From Ylistrum balloti (taxonomy: Eukaryota), in NCBI RefSeq assembly GCF_031769215.1, contig NW_026782401.1, positions 1,457,001-1,490,000 of the forward strand: DNA of 33,000 bases. The letters are read 5' to 3'. How positions within the stretch are numbered: the stretch's first letter is position 1; the number at the start of each line of letters is the position of its first letter. The notes beneath the pieces were generated by a model. The model had not been told where the DNA came from and did no database searches. It saw only the letters and a program-made list of their open reading frames with translations. Positions 1 through 10,681 of this stretch are shown piece by piece. The position numbers and the translations under genes were made by a program.

Positions 1-54
1 TTGTCCTTTAAGGACTCGTCAGTGAATATTAGGGTCTAAATTTTGACTAGAAGG
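1..54 (-). ncRNA. Degenerate type I hammerhead-ribozyme-like motif (copy A) in a dispersed repeat, cut by the window edge
   Basis: The minus strand reads CTGACGA (22-16), GTCC (15-12), TTAAA, GGAC (6-3), AA. This is a CUGANGA core plus a perfect 4-bp stem II. The base after stem II is A, not the catalytic G12. The upstream CTTCTA...TAG.CC...CACTGAC is shared with the copies at 8.7 and 25.4 kb. Confidence 0.5.
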
Positions 55-904
55 CCACTCAGGAAAAACCAAATAAATCGTCAACGGTTTTGTAAGGCTG
101 TGTATAGTCTATGTTTGCGATGCTGCTTAGAATCGCTAGTACCTACATTATTATTAAATCAGTTCTTATTTGGAGAGCATGCCTTGCTTTCATTAACTCA
201 CTTATGTATAATGAAATGCCGGGTGTCAGAGATGCAGAATATGGCACTTGCCATTCCAGCATAACTGGTCGAATTCCACGTGTTCTGTTTTAGGAATTTC
301 TGTAAGCATTTTTCTGCTATTCGTTTTATTGCTGATGAGATGACATTTGATAACAAATCAGTTCTTATTTTTTTTCTCTTCTAATTATGTGGTTTGCTAA
401 ACATTTTTATTACTAAAATCTGCCTATCGCATTGCAACATTGTGCACCCAAGCAGGAATATAAAAAAATGGATTTTGAAGAACCATAAAAACGTCTTACC
501 AATCTCAAACAAGTTTCAATTAAACTTATTTTTTTTTTTAGATTTCCAATGGTATATTCTTATAATCATGTCAACAATCTACTCATTAAATCTAGTAATT
601 CTACAGTTACACAGAAGCAGACCATTATCTTCTGGGGAAAAAGTTTGTAAAGTGGATTGCACGTATGAATATAACGAGGTTTAATCTCAAAACATCATTT
701 GCTAATATCTTGTACTTCTGTTTGCCAATTACTTTTAATCTACTGTATACACAAATGTAATTATGTTTAATAGATATAAAACTAATCGCAATTTCTTCAT
801 GTATGTTTTAGAAGATTTAAACTGGAAACCATATACGAAATATTATGTCGAACACTCTGAATAATTTTCATACTCACCAAAATAATATCATACTAAATAT
901 ATTC

Positions 905-905
<1 letters not shown>

Positions 906-943
<38 letters not shown>
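906..943. repeat. (TA)19 microsatellite
   Basis: Perfect TA dinucleotide run read directly. Confidence 0.97.
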
Positions 944-948
<5 letters not shown>

Positions 949-2652
949 GAATTAAACAACATCAGTTGTGATATATCAAGTTTTATTTCGATTTGTTTTT
1001 AAACTATGGAATGCAATGAAAAAATACATTTTATCGGCGATGTTACATGATAAGAGAGTATTACTTTTTATCTAGCCGTTACAGAAATTTATAGGTTGCT
1101 GTTATCAATTTGGATTATGTAAGGGTGTTAAAAACATACACAAAACAAGATGTGCACCAAAATTGCCTTCAGGAGATAAAGTGTACAATTTTGAATAAAA
1201 CTGCGTTTCTGTTGTCGATTTCCATGTCCTTTTGACGCCCTCCAAATGGATTTTATTAAAGTTGTAGGGACTGTTCCTGTTGTATCCTTTATTTCTCACT
1301 TCCATGCACGAATACCGGTGTACAGTATTAGTTCTTTCTCTCTCGTGTGGTCTCTTCTTTTGATTAGTAACTTCACCGGGGACTGTCTTTTAGCTGCCTT
1401 GTCATGAAATATGGATGTCAACATGCATAATTTCAAGATATTTGAAGAATTTACTAAATTGTTTTGTTCGAAAAAATCGATTTTTACTACACCGTTTATC
1501 TTTTAGCTCCCCACAAATCATCCAATACATTTCTCATCCCGCGCTGTCTATTTGAGAGATGATGCTGTTCAATGACAAATGGCAGAAGATCTCCCGTGAA
1601 CAATTCTAACTATAGATTCTATTTTATTCGGGATATTGTAAATCTAACGTTGATCCTTTTAGTGCGGTTTGTTATCGCGTTGCTAATTCTGCGAAAGAAT
1701 TAAAGTGCACTCTATTTCACAGTCCAATTTTGTTCTTTGCAGTTGTCCAATCATTTGGTCTGGTGTTCCTGAAAGCACAAAGCGTCTGGATGACGCCGGG
1801 CTGTGTGTATTTCCTTGATATTTCTTAGTTCCTTGTCGAACATTTTTGCATAACAATATCACTAAACATTGCATGCAAAGTAGAATATAAGAAAGAACCA
1901 AGCTTCATTTGGTAAAAGGTCTCCTTTTCACCTTGAAATTGCTTTTCATTTACCGTATTCACTTCATGCAATATTGAAGCATTGATCTTAATATTTATCA
2001 TATACTGGTAATAAAACGATGTATATGCATATTGACAATGTAAACAGTTCTCGAATATTTCCGGATCAATATGTGTCGGAGTAGAGGATACATTGTCTTT
2101 TATAATTTATGTAGCGTGCAAAGAGACATTGAGAAGAAACACATATTTTACTCACTCGTGTCCTTTTCCGGACCCTCTACTGCTCAAATACACTGGGCGA
2201 GAAATACATGTATCAATGCTCGACATCTTCATAGATGCTTAACCATTTCATCAATGCGAAAGTTTTTTAAATTTATTTTCATTAGCAAAACAATTTTCCC
2301 TGAATTCTGAATATTAATCTTGAATTCACACTACCGCAAAATTCGTTTTGTCTTACTTTAAAATGTCACAGTAAATGCCAGTTTTAATTGTAACAAAACG
2401 AGCCTACAAGATATGTACTAGCTACGTAGTGTGTTTAAGTAACAAGCGATTTGGTATAACTTTTTTCCCAAGCACTAACCAAGTGACGGAAGCGTCATTG
2501 TAATACCTAAATGAATGATCGGATTTTAATCGTTCAGAGAAATAGTTAAATGGTTCAAATGGTGACTATTTGAGGTATCTAAATACATGAATCGGTACAT
2601 CGGCAAACAAATAAAGACTATTAAAAACCAATTATCAGTGGACTATCTGCTA

Positions 2653-2904
2653 CGTAAAGAACACCAAACAATTTTAGTGTTTTATTTGACATGTGAGGAA
2701 TGTATTTGCAGTTTTTGACAGGATAGCTATTTCTCAGCAGTGTAAGGTAATGCATTCTGTTAATCAGTGTTAATCACCACAGAATATATGACACGTTTAC
2801 AGTCTTATGTAGTAAGAGCTATTTGAACCTGAAAAAATAATCACTGGTGCTGGTGTTAGGACCTGACGTGCAATCTGTGTTCATCTTTATCTCATGTTTC
2901 CCAC
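2653..2904 (+). pseudogene. Decayed tandem B-box zinc-finger (TRIM-like) coding relic
   Basis: One frame gives RKEHQTILVFYLTCEECICSF* (2653-2718) and HWCWC*DLTCNLCSSLSHVSH (2842-2904, C-x2-C-x4-H-x2-H). The missing ligands are one substitution from Cys codons (CGT, TAT, TGA). Several stops intervene. Confidence 0.42.
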
Positions 2905-3648
2905 GTACATTTCGTAAGAATTCTCCAGCTCGCCACGCGACCGTAACATTCTGGCAAATCGTAGAGGGTAGTTATCTACAATTAAACTCCGATCTGTCTT
3001 TTTTATATTGCAGTTATGTACTATGTGATTGTCCTGAATAACCTTTACAAATCAGCGTCATCAATCAAGGCCGTTCGGAGCGAAGGAGCGTAACTGTGAA
3101 ACAGGTTACTAGTCGGGTATGTCCAATGTCTGATTCACACGTACATGTCTGACGAAGATACTCGTGGGTTTATCAGAACAGGTCGAGATGTTCACGTAAT
3201 CGGAAACATAGGTAAGGTAGATATAAGTTAGGAAGAGTTAGGGGTGTTCTCTACTGAGCATTATGAGTGAAGAGTAAAGTGTTTGGGAAGTTCTACTCAA
3301 AGTAGCAATAACTTTTATGATAGCGGTGCGCACACTATTTCTTTCGGAGTTCAGAATCTATCCAAAAGCGTAAATTAAAGATAATCATTTCGGCCTAATA
3401 ATGTTTTAGTTTGCTTGTTAAATGTTCACACGATATCAGTTGGTGCCAGTTTTTGTTTATAGCTCAGGATTGCCCAATATTCCTTTTCAACTTTCGAAAT
3501 CGGGTAGATTTGGCACGAGTTGGTTATTTATTTGTATCTTAATATTGACGTTTGCACATCCTTGGATGAAATTGTAAGGAAATTTGACGCCGTAAAGTCT
3601 ATTAATTTGTCTATGTTCAAACTAACGTGGTTAAATGGTAGCTAACTT

Positions 3649-4191
3649 TCATTTGTTAAGATTGCAGGCAGGGGATAAGAAATGAACCAACTGCTTAACT
3701 GCATGATCGTAAGAGGCGACTAAAACTTTAGAAAGAAAAGAAATATATTTGAAAAGAGAAAGACTCTTTTCAAATAGATTTATTTTCTTTCTCGTAACTC
3801 TCTTGACCCTTGAGCGTTCGGAAATAAAAAGGAATGCTGTCGGTTCTTTCTCAAACCAATAAAATGGTACATCGCGCTCCAAACTGCTGCTTAACATTGA
3901 ATGGAGAGTACAAGAGCTGTTAAGCTCTTTTGACCGATGGTCTACCATGCCTGGGTCCAGGTTAGAACATTTCAAGTGATGGCGTCGTATAAAGCGTTTT
4001 AAGTGACTCTGTCATCCATGGACACCGTCTTTATATAACCTTAAGTGTCGCGGTAGGGTGTTAACTAACAAACTGACAGAGGCGTAGTAAGCATCGGTGT
4101 TATCATAAAGTCGGACATTTCTTTCCAGAGTTTGGTATTGAAAGATCCAAATAAAACGCATCGCACTTAAGGACGCCAAACAGTCACAGCA
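3649..4191 (-). pseudogene. Near-open 181-codon reading frame of unknown identity with one internal stop
   Basis: The supplied 108-aa ORF extends upstream in frame to 4191 with a single TGA at 4014-4012 (CCDCLASLSAMRFIWIFQYQTLERNVRLYDNTDAYYASVSLLVNTLPRHLRLYKDGVHG*QSHLKRFIRRHHLKCSN...). No recognisable domain. Confidence 0.25.
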
Positions 4192-6276
4192 TTAGAATTA
4201 GCTTTATTGTAGATTATAGTCCATTACTTTCAGACTGTTTAGATTGCCGTACCATATACTTTCGATCTGTTTTATTATGTTACCGATGTTGCGGTACTTC
4301 ATACCAATTGGTATAAATAGGCCAATATCGATTTCAAAATATGACTTAATTTTATTGTGTATTGATTAGCATAGAAAATATTATCCATCATATAAATTAT
4401 ATCGTACAACCTTTAATTGTACCCAAAACAGAGAGCGGTAAATGAACTTGCTAAATGAGTTTCAGTAGTTAACTGTAGTTCCGCGTAAAAAAACTTCACT
4501 ATGTAGTTTCAGTTTCCACAGCCATTGCCACTTTGGGTTCACGGACAGATGAACTTCTGTCGTTAGTTCAGATAATATCACAACATTACAGATCCTGTCC
4601 TAAATATTGATCTATATATAACCTATGTACGTTCTTTTCAAAAGTTTGTAATCTGTATTATCACAGGTTTGCTCACCTCCATGCACGCCCCTAAGTAGAT
4701 AGCTGAAATTGGAGCATTTAACAGCTTCCTTTAAATCGTGGGAACTTTAATTTGAAAACGATAAAAGGAATTTTGAGTTTCATATTGTGACAATGCATCA
4801 AATTTCTGTGGTTTTGGTAGTGTGTATATTTTGACATATGTAAAAGGTTGATATTGGATCTAGTATTTCACCGCGGCTTCAGCAATTCATACAATGGTGT
4901 AATTGTAGTGCGTTTACCACGGTAGTGTAGCTCAGAGACACCCGGGGGTGAACTGACTACTGATATATATGTGGTGTCAACATACGATCGTGTCACAATA
5001 AACACTGGAAGTGTCTAGCCTGGGGCAGACCCAATATTTACAAACTACGTAGAAATTTATTAATCACACCTGTCCTTTGTTCGGATCCATATTATACAGA
5101 TGTCACACTCAAAGGTGCGAATTGACGACCTATAAACAATAATCAGACTTGTCAAGCGGAGAAAGGATACTGATCACAGATAAAGCGTAATTAAGATCAT
5201 GTATCGAGGAAGGACTAAAGTGAAAATGTGAGTCGGGACAAAAAGTACGGAAACACCCACAAATACTGTCCGGTAGGCGGGCATTTGTTATATATCACCG
5301 ATAGAGTGTCCATTTTTCGACGTAATTGTTAGTTGTTAGGCTCCTGTGTAGGGTGTCATACATGATATTTATTGTACCATGCAGAGATATTGTGGCGTCA
5401 GGTCCGACACTTCATATCTTACTCTTTCCTTCTGGTCTTGGATGGGACATTCAAACATATACATCGATTGGTCGTGCTTATTTTGTACCTTACCGGAAGT
5501 AGGGCTTATAGACCGTTAAGATAAAATGACCAGTTAACCGAAATATCCGAAACTAGATTGGTCAAAAGTCAGAATTCTAAGTATAGTACCCTAATAAATC
5601 TGAAACAAGAAACGAATTAAAACAAACCAACTCGATATTGAATGCTAACACCGAACCTGAAAATGTAATTATACGTGACGTAAACACTATAAAACATTTA
5701 TGATAGAGTTGTAAATTGTGAATGAATATCGAACTTGCCAATGGAAAGTGCTATGGCAAAGCTTTGTACTTGTTTGCTGGGTTAATTGTCCTACAAATTA
5801 CTGAAGGTGTCATAATAGTAGCTGGACACTACATCAACGAACGTCATGCGGGAGGCCAGCCACAAGCTCTTCAGAATAATTGGGCGTAAATTGTCTTCCC
5901 CAATGGCACAACCGCTACGATGACAGCACAGTGCGTGATATCAGCTTGCTGAGAAACATAAAAGAAACCCGGGGTAGGGATCAAACTACACACCTCAAAA
6001 CTCGAACAATTCAACAACCACAGTTCCTTGTTACGATGGTAACTTGTAGGTAGGGAAATTGGCAATGCAATCTCTGAGTTGGTACATCATTTCCAGATAA
6101 CTAAAAAGAAAAGAAATAAAGGTCACACGAAATTGCGGTGATATGAGCTGAAATGATAGAAGTTAGAGGACTGATTTGATATTGAAAAATCCTTATAAAG
6201 GTAGGATAGATCGTTTACTATAGGTAGCAGATATGTACCTCGTGTACATGTGGAGATATCTGTTTTACAATGGTTT

Positions 6277-6328
6277 GGGGTGGGTTGGAGGGTTAGAAGA
6301 GCGGAAGGGAGTGAGAGGGGGGGGGGGG
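6277..6328 (+). repeat. G-rich tract with a G12 run (G-quadruplex potential)
   Basis: G runs at 6277-80, 6282-84, 6290-92, 6307-09 and 6317-28. Confidence 0.6.
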
Positions 6329-8420
6329 AAGTCTACAACTATAAACAAAGCTACAACATTACGATTCCGAACGTTCGCTGTTTGCTGAGTCAGTTAATAT
6401 GGAACATTTAGATTATGCGTTCCCCGAGACGACAACGTTTCCACCACATCAGAATACACTTTCAAAAGTGTCTTCTCGGTCAGGTCTTTCTTATTTCAGT
6501 ACCTGTGTCGAATCAACAGGTTGATCGCTGTGTCCGTCTCGGTGTTTGTTCGAAAAGAGTAGTTTCTAACCTCATGTTTAAGTAGAATGTACACATATAC
6601 TAAGAGGCAAATGTCCTAATGACTTTCGGCTACTCCAGACTCAGTACCGTGCGCACTTTCAATATACCAATGCTGATTGTCCTTTGCGGTTATATCGTAA
6701 ATGATTAAAAAAAGGCAGATAGTCTGTCAGTATACGTAAGATTTCTGTGTGGTTATTGCTACACCTGCCGAGGCACACTTTGATGTGGGGAAGGTGATGA
6801 GCAGCCATTATCAGGTATGAAGTGCTTGTTGTTGACCAGTGTCACCGGTCACCTGGTCAAGCCGAGTGTGTTTTCGGACGATGGTCAGTTTGAGTAATGG
6901 AATGTCTTTATCATGTGATTAAACGACTTTCTAATAAGCTTTTATTTGGCTGCATGATTTATGTCTACTTGCTGACCATTGGTCAGTCTGACGGTCACAA
7001 GGGGTCAGTTTCAATTTACTCGCATCGAGAGGTCAGTTTGTACCATAACAGCCGTCCTCCAGGAAATCATGTATATCACCCCAGTGCGACAGTTTAGATC
7101 AACTTCCCTGTAGATTGATGAAAAAATAGACCTCGTGTCCAGTTCATAAACGATTCCATATATCATCGCAGCAGAGATCTCGATAAAAACGGCTGCAGTG
7201 GCTGAGACGCTGCTATTTCACTGGCCATGGATTAGTACCTATCTCATTGCTTCTGGACGCTGGTCTCCAGCTCCAGTTTTAGATATCTTGTCTGCATTTT
7301 ACTTAAGATACCCCTGATGACAGTTGTGAAATTTTGTATGTTGCTTTTTTTCTTTTTTCTTCTCAAAATATACCTGTATACGTGTTGAACGTATCGGCTA
7401 CAACTCCCTTGTAACAAACACAACAATACAAAGATTAATCAGAGGAAACATTTCTGTTTACAAAATGAAAGAAAAGAAATGATGAAAATAAAATCTCCTT
7501 TCTGACGGTATGAGATCTATGATGATTTATTGCAAAGAGACGTCTATCATTAAGATATACAATGTATATATAATGAGTGTCCGTAAACTCAATCTGGTCA
7601 CGTGTAGCACTCTATAAACGAAGAACGTTCAATTACGAGTGTATATGATTTAGTCTGTATATATGATATATTTAAATGTGTCCAACCTATCGATTTACGG
7701 CTTAATTAGAAAATATACTTAGTTATACTCACATCTATTTAGAAAATAAATAAGCTCTGACCACACTTGACTATATGGCATATATAAATTTATATCGAAC
7801 ACGATAGAACCGCACAACGCGTGCACATAGTGTATATATCATGTGCGCGACTGTAAATCAGGAACGTTTTTCACTGCTGTTCACCACGCGGATGTCCAAC
7901 TCCTTTTTGTGTAATATAAACTCTAGTCTCATATGGGGTTTAAAAAGTCATTTGTCACTGCAAATTGGTGTAAAATTCAAGGCTTTCGTATCCCATACTC
8001 CCTCTACTCTGGACAATATTATGAAATAAAATATGATATTCTGTGTGTGTCATAGATTTGAAAATTATGTAATATATGCTTGTGAAACAAAATAAACAAC
8101 ATCGGGTGTCAGCATTAGGATAGAATTGAACGGATTCATCACCCAGGTGGCAAATACAACAACAGAAAGACGGTTTGTTGTGTAATAAATTCATGGACAC
8201 TGGATATTGAAGCAAAACAGTAAGATGTCGATTTCATTATATTGCGCGTTTTTCATACAATGACTTTTACCTAGACAGGACGTCAGGAATACTTCATGGA
8301 AAAAAGGAAGATGGGACGGTTTGGCCTGAATATACACAAGATTTACAACTACTTTAAGATTGTGAAATACAAGCAAAGTACCAAATCTAAGTAAGAGTAC
8401 TTCGTACTCAATATATGTAC

Positions 8421-8681
8421 CCAGGGGCGGATTTAGAGGGGGGCGTGGGGGGCGCACGCCCCCCCTAAAATTGGCAGAGTAAGGGTGAGTTACGAAGTAT
8501 ACTGGATGGTCTTGGTCGTATGTTATGACTATCACTGTTCTAAACAGCTATAGATGACTTAAGTTGGGCTAATTTTCAAGTATACAGTAACTTTATTATA
8601 GTTGATCACATAACGACAGAAAGAGTTAAGTAAGTTAATTATAACGCCCCCCCTAACTTAAATTCCTGTATCCGCCCCTGG
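8421..8681. mobile_element. MITE / non-autonomous DNA transposon, 261 bp, superfamily not assigned
   Basis: Perfect 12-bp TIR CCAGGGGCGGAT (8421-8432) / ATCCGCCCCTGG (8670-8681), with TAC on both sides (8418-8420, 8682-8684). Internal GGGGGGCGTG...CACGCCCCCC hairpin and a repeated CGCCCCCCCTAA near each end. No coding capacity. Confidence 0.88.
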
Positions 8682-8716
8682 TACCTGTGTTCTTCTAAAT
8701 TTAACATTAGGTCCCA

Positions 8717-8760
8717 GCATCACTGACACGTCTAAGGAGGACGAAAAGGCTGTATGTTGC
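8717..8760 (+). ncRNA. Full-length but mutated type I hammerhead-ribozyme-like motif (copy B)
   Basis: GCATCA (stem I), CTGACAC (core, G8/A9 altered), GTCT-AAGGA-GGAC (stem II), GAAA, AGGCT, GTA (NUH cleavage triplet), TGTTGC (stem I partner, 5 of 6 pairs). Order and spacing match a minimal type I hammerhead. Confidence 0.6.
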
Positions 8761-10639
8761 CATATATTTTATCAAATATCAGTTTTTTATTTAATGTGCC
8801 ATTCTCTTGTGTAACATTCGAATTACCAAAAATACATCTAATTGATCTGCAGAAAGACAGAGAAAACGGTTAGAGTTATCGTTCTTGAATTTAAAGTGAA
8901 TGAAACAGACATGTCGACCGAATTGCAATATAATGAATGATGCAAACACATTTTAGTTTCATTTTAGACATTCCCAGTCGTGTCTTCATTCTCAGTGACA
9001 CCCATTTTTTTCGCAAAACATCATATTGTAGGTATAGTAATATTTATTTATGCCTTTGTGTCTCAAAACGGCAAGTACTTGTACTGTCAAATTGAGAACC
9101 ATTCTCAACTATATAAGTGCATGCATGTTTTAAGTGTTATGTACAATAGGGACGTATAATAGATACACAGCTATCAGCCCTTCTGTAACGAAAGTAAACT
9201 TTGTTGTGTGAAAGTGTTTTATTAATAAAGACGAATGCTGACTTCAGACCTTTTTATTGCAACTTTCCCCTTAACTCAGTCCGGAGCCCAGTTCGGCGGC
9301 TTTCTGCTTTCATGTCTTTTGAAGTTCCGAGTTGCGACCCATGCTCTTTGGGCTGCATTGAGGCTGTATTAAATGGGGCGTGACGCATGGACAAGCTCTT
9401 ACAAACAAGTCCACTTGAAGTTCGCTGCAGGAGAGCAGAGGAGGGGGAGTCGCCAGGGGCGGATGAACCACATAAATCACTCACGAACTGAGATCCTCAC
9501 TCTCAAAAGATCGATTTTATAGCCTTGTCAAGAGTATGGATAAATACGAAATTCCAAGGTTTTAAGTCTCTAATAAAACAAACAAACACTGAATACCTGG
9601 TGTGCCGATATTTCATTATTCTGACTGTTATAATTAGAGTTTGATAGACGGTTACGTGTAGGAGATGCTTTCGACATGAAATATGTGAATATGATAGAAG
9701 ATTCGAACACTCCAAATCAGGGGTGGAAATCCCGTCCTGTTTTGTGTTAAATACGATAAATGTTTTATCTGCAGGTGTTGCGAAACATTTCCCGATATAT
9801 ACATATATTACTGTTCGTAATAATGTTAAACCTGTTTGTAGAATCTTTTTCCGAGCAATTCTGGTCGTAAATGCTCGTTGTTTACATGTTTGTTAGTGTG
9901 ATCACGGTTTTAGATAGAACTTCCACATCTTACCTATACAATGACATCATATCTTTTGAGTCAACTTTGATATTGCTTGATTCTTTACATTGTGTTTTAT
10001 ATTTTTGCTTGCCTTTTTCTGTATTCTTCGATCATTATCAGAGGTATCCCTCTTTGAAAATTTGAAAAGGATTCAATGAAAACACATAAATGCTAAGAAA
10101 TTTCCTTTTACGAAAAAAAACCAATTCATCCTTTGTGAAGATATCATTTAGGCATTAGAACATGTATTGTACTATTTTAGCATAAAGTACTATGATCTTT
10201 TAACCCGGTCTTAAGGAAATTCCCGGCAAGATCTTCCATTATTTGATGAATTGCTAATTAGTTATAAAAGTTAACTGCTTAAAGTCATGTTTTCTGCTGT
10301 GATCGTAAATCCTTTTTATAAATGTTTAATCCAATTTAAGAACAACATATCCGTGATTTACCACATACTAATTTCCAGTGTATTTGATACTCTGTGTGGA
10401 AGGTAGAATACATCTATCGAAAGTATATTTTTTGCTCAATAGCCATTCGTTCTGAACACTACATTATCTTTGTGTCGTGATGTTTTCATAATAGTTTTCG
10501 CTTTCTTATTATTCAGGATTTACGTTATCAGTGACGTATGATTCTTGTAACTTTGTGGTATATATAAAGAAATTTCAAATGTCGAAAGCATAGTTAAATA
10601 TGTGAAATATATATATCTTTGTGAGATTGTTATATGATA

Positions 10640-10645
<6 letters not shown>

Positions 10646-10675
<30 letters not shown>
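10646..10675. repeat. (TA)15 microsatellite in a TA-rich patch
   Basis: Perfect TA run with degenerate TA flanks. Confidence 0.95.

Positions 10676-10681
<6 letters not shown>

Noticed and set aside
4921-4950. tRNA/SINE A-box-like TAGCTCAG
   Set aside because: No B-box (GTTCRA) or cloverleaf downstream.
6400-6720. Minus-strand LIIYDIT (Rab-like) and TETDTAI (Ntn-hydrolase-like) peptides
   Set aside because: Short matches to unrelated families in a frame with several stops; no supporting motifs.
7955-8215. Cys-rich ORF (CCCICH...RCCLFC) as a zinc finger
   Set aside because: Ligand spacing does not fit B-box or RING, and the Cys codons come from TGT/TGTT-rich low-complexity DNA.
8191-8535. 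114-aa minus-strand ORF with a Pro/Gly-rich segment
   Set aside because: The GGVRPPRPPLNPP segment is just the G/C-rich MITE arm; the ORF crosses the insertion boundary.
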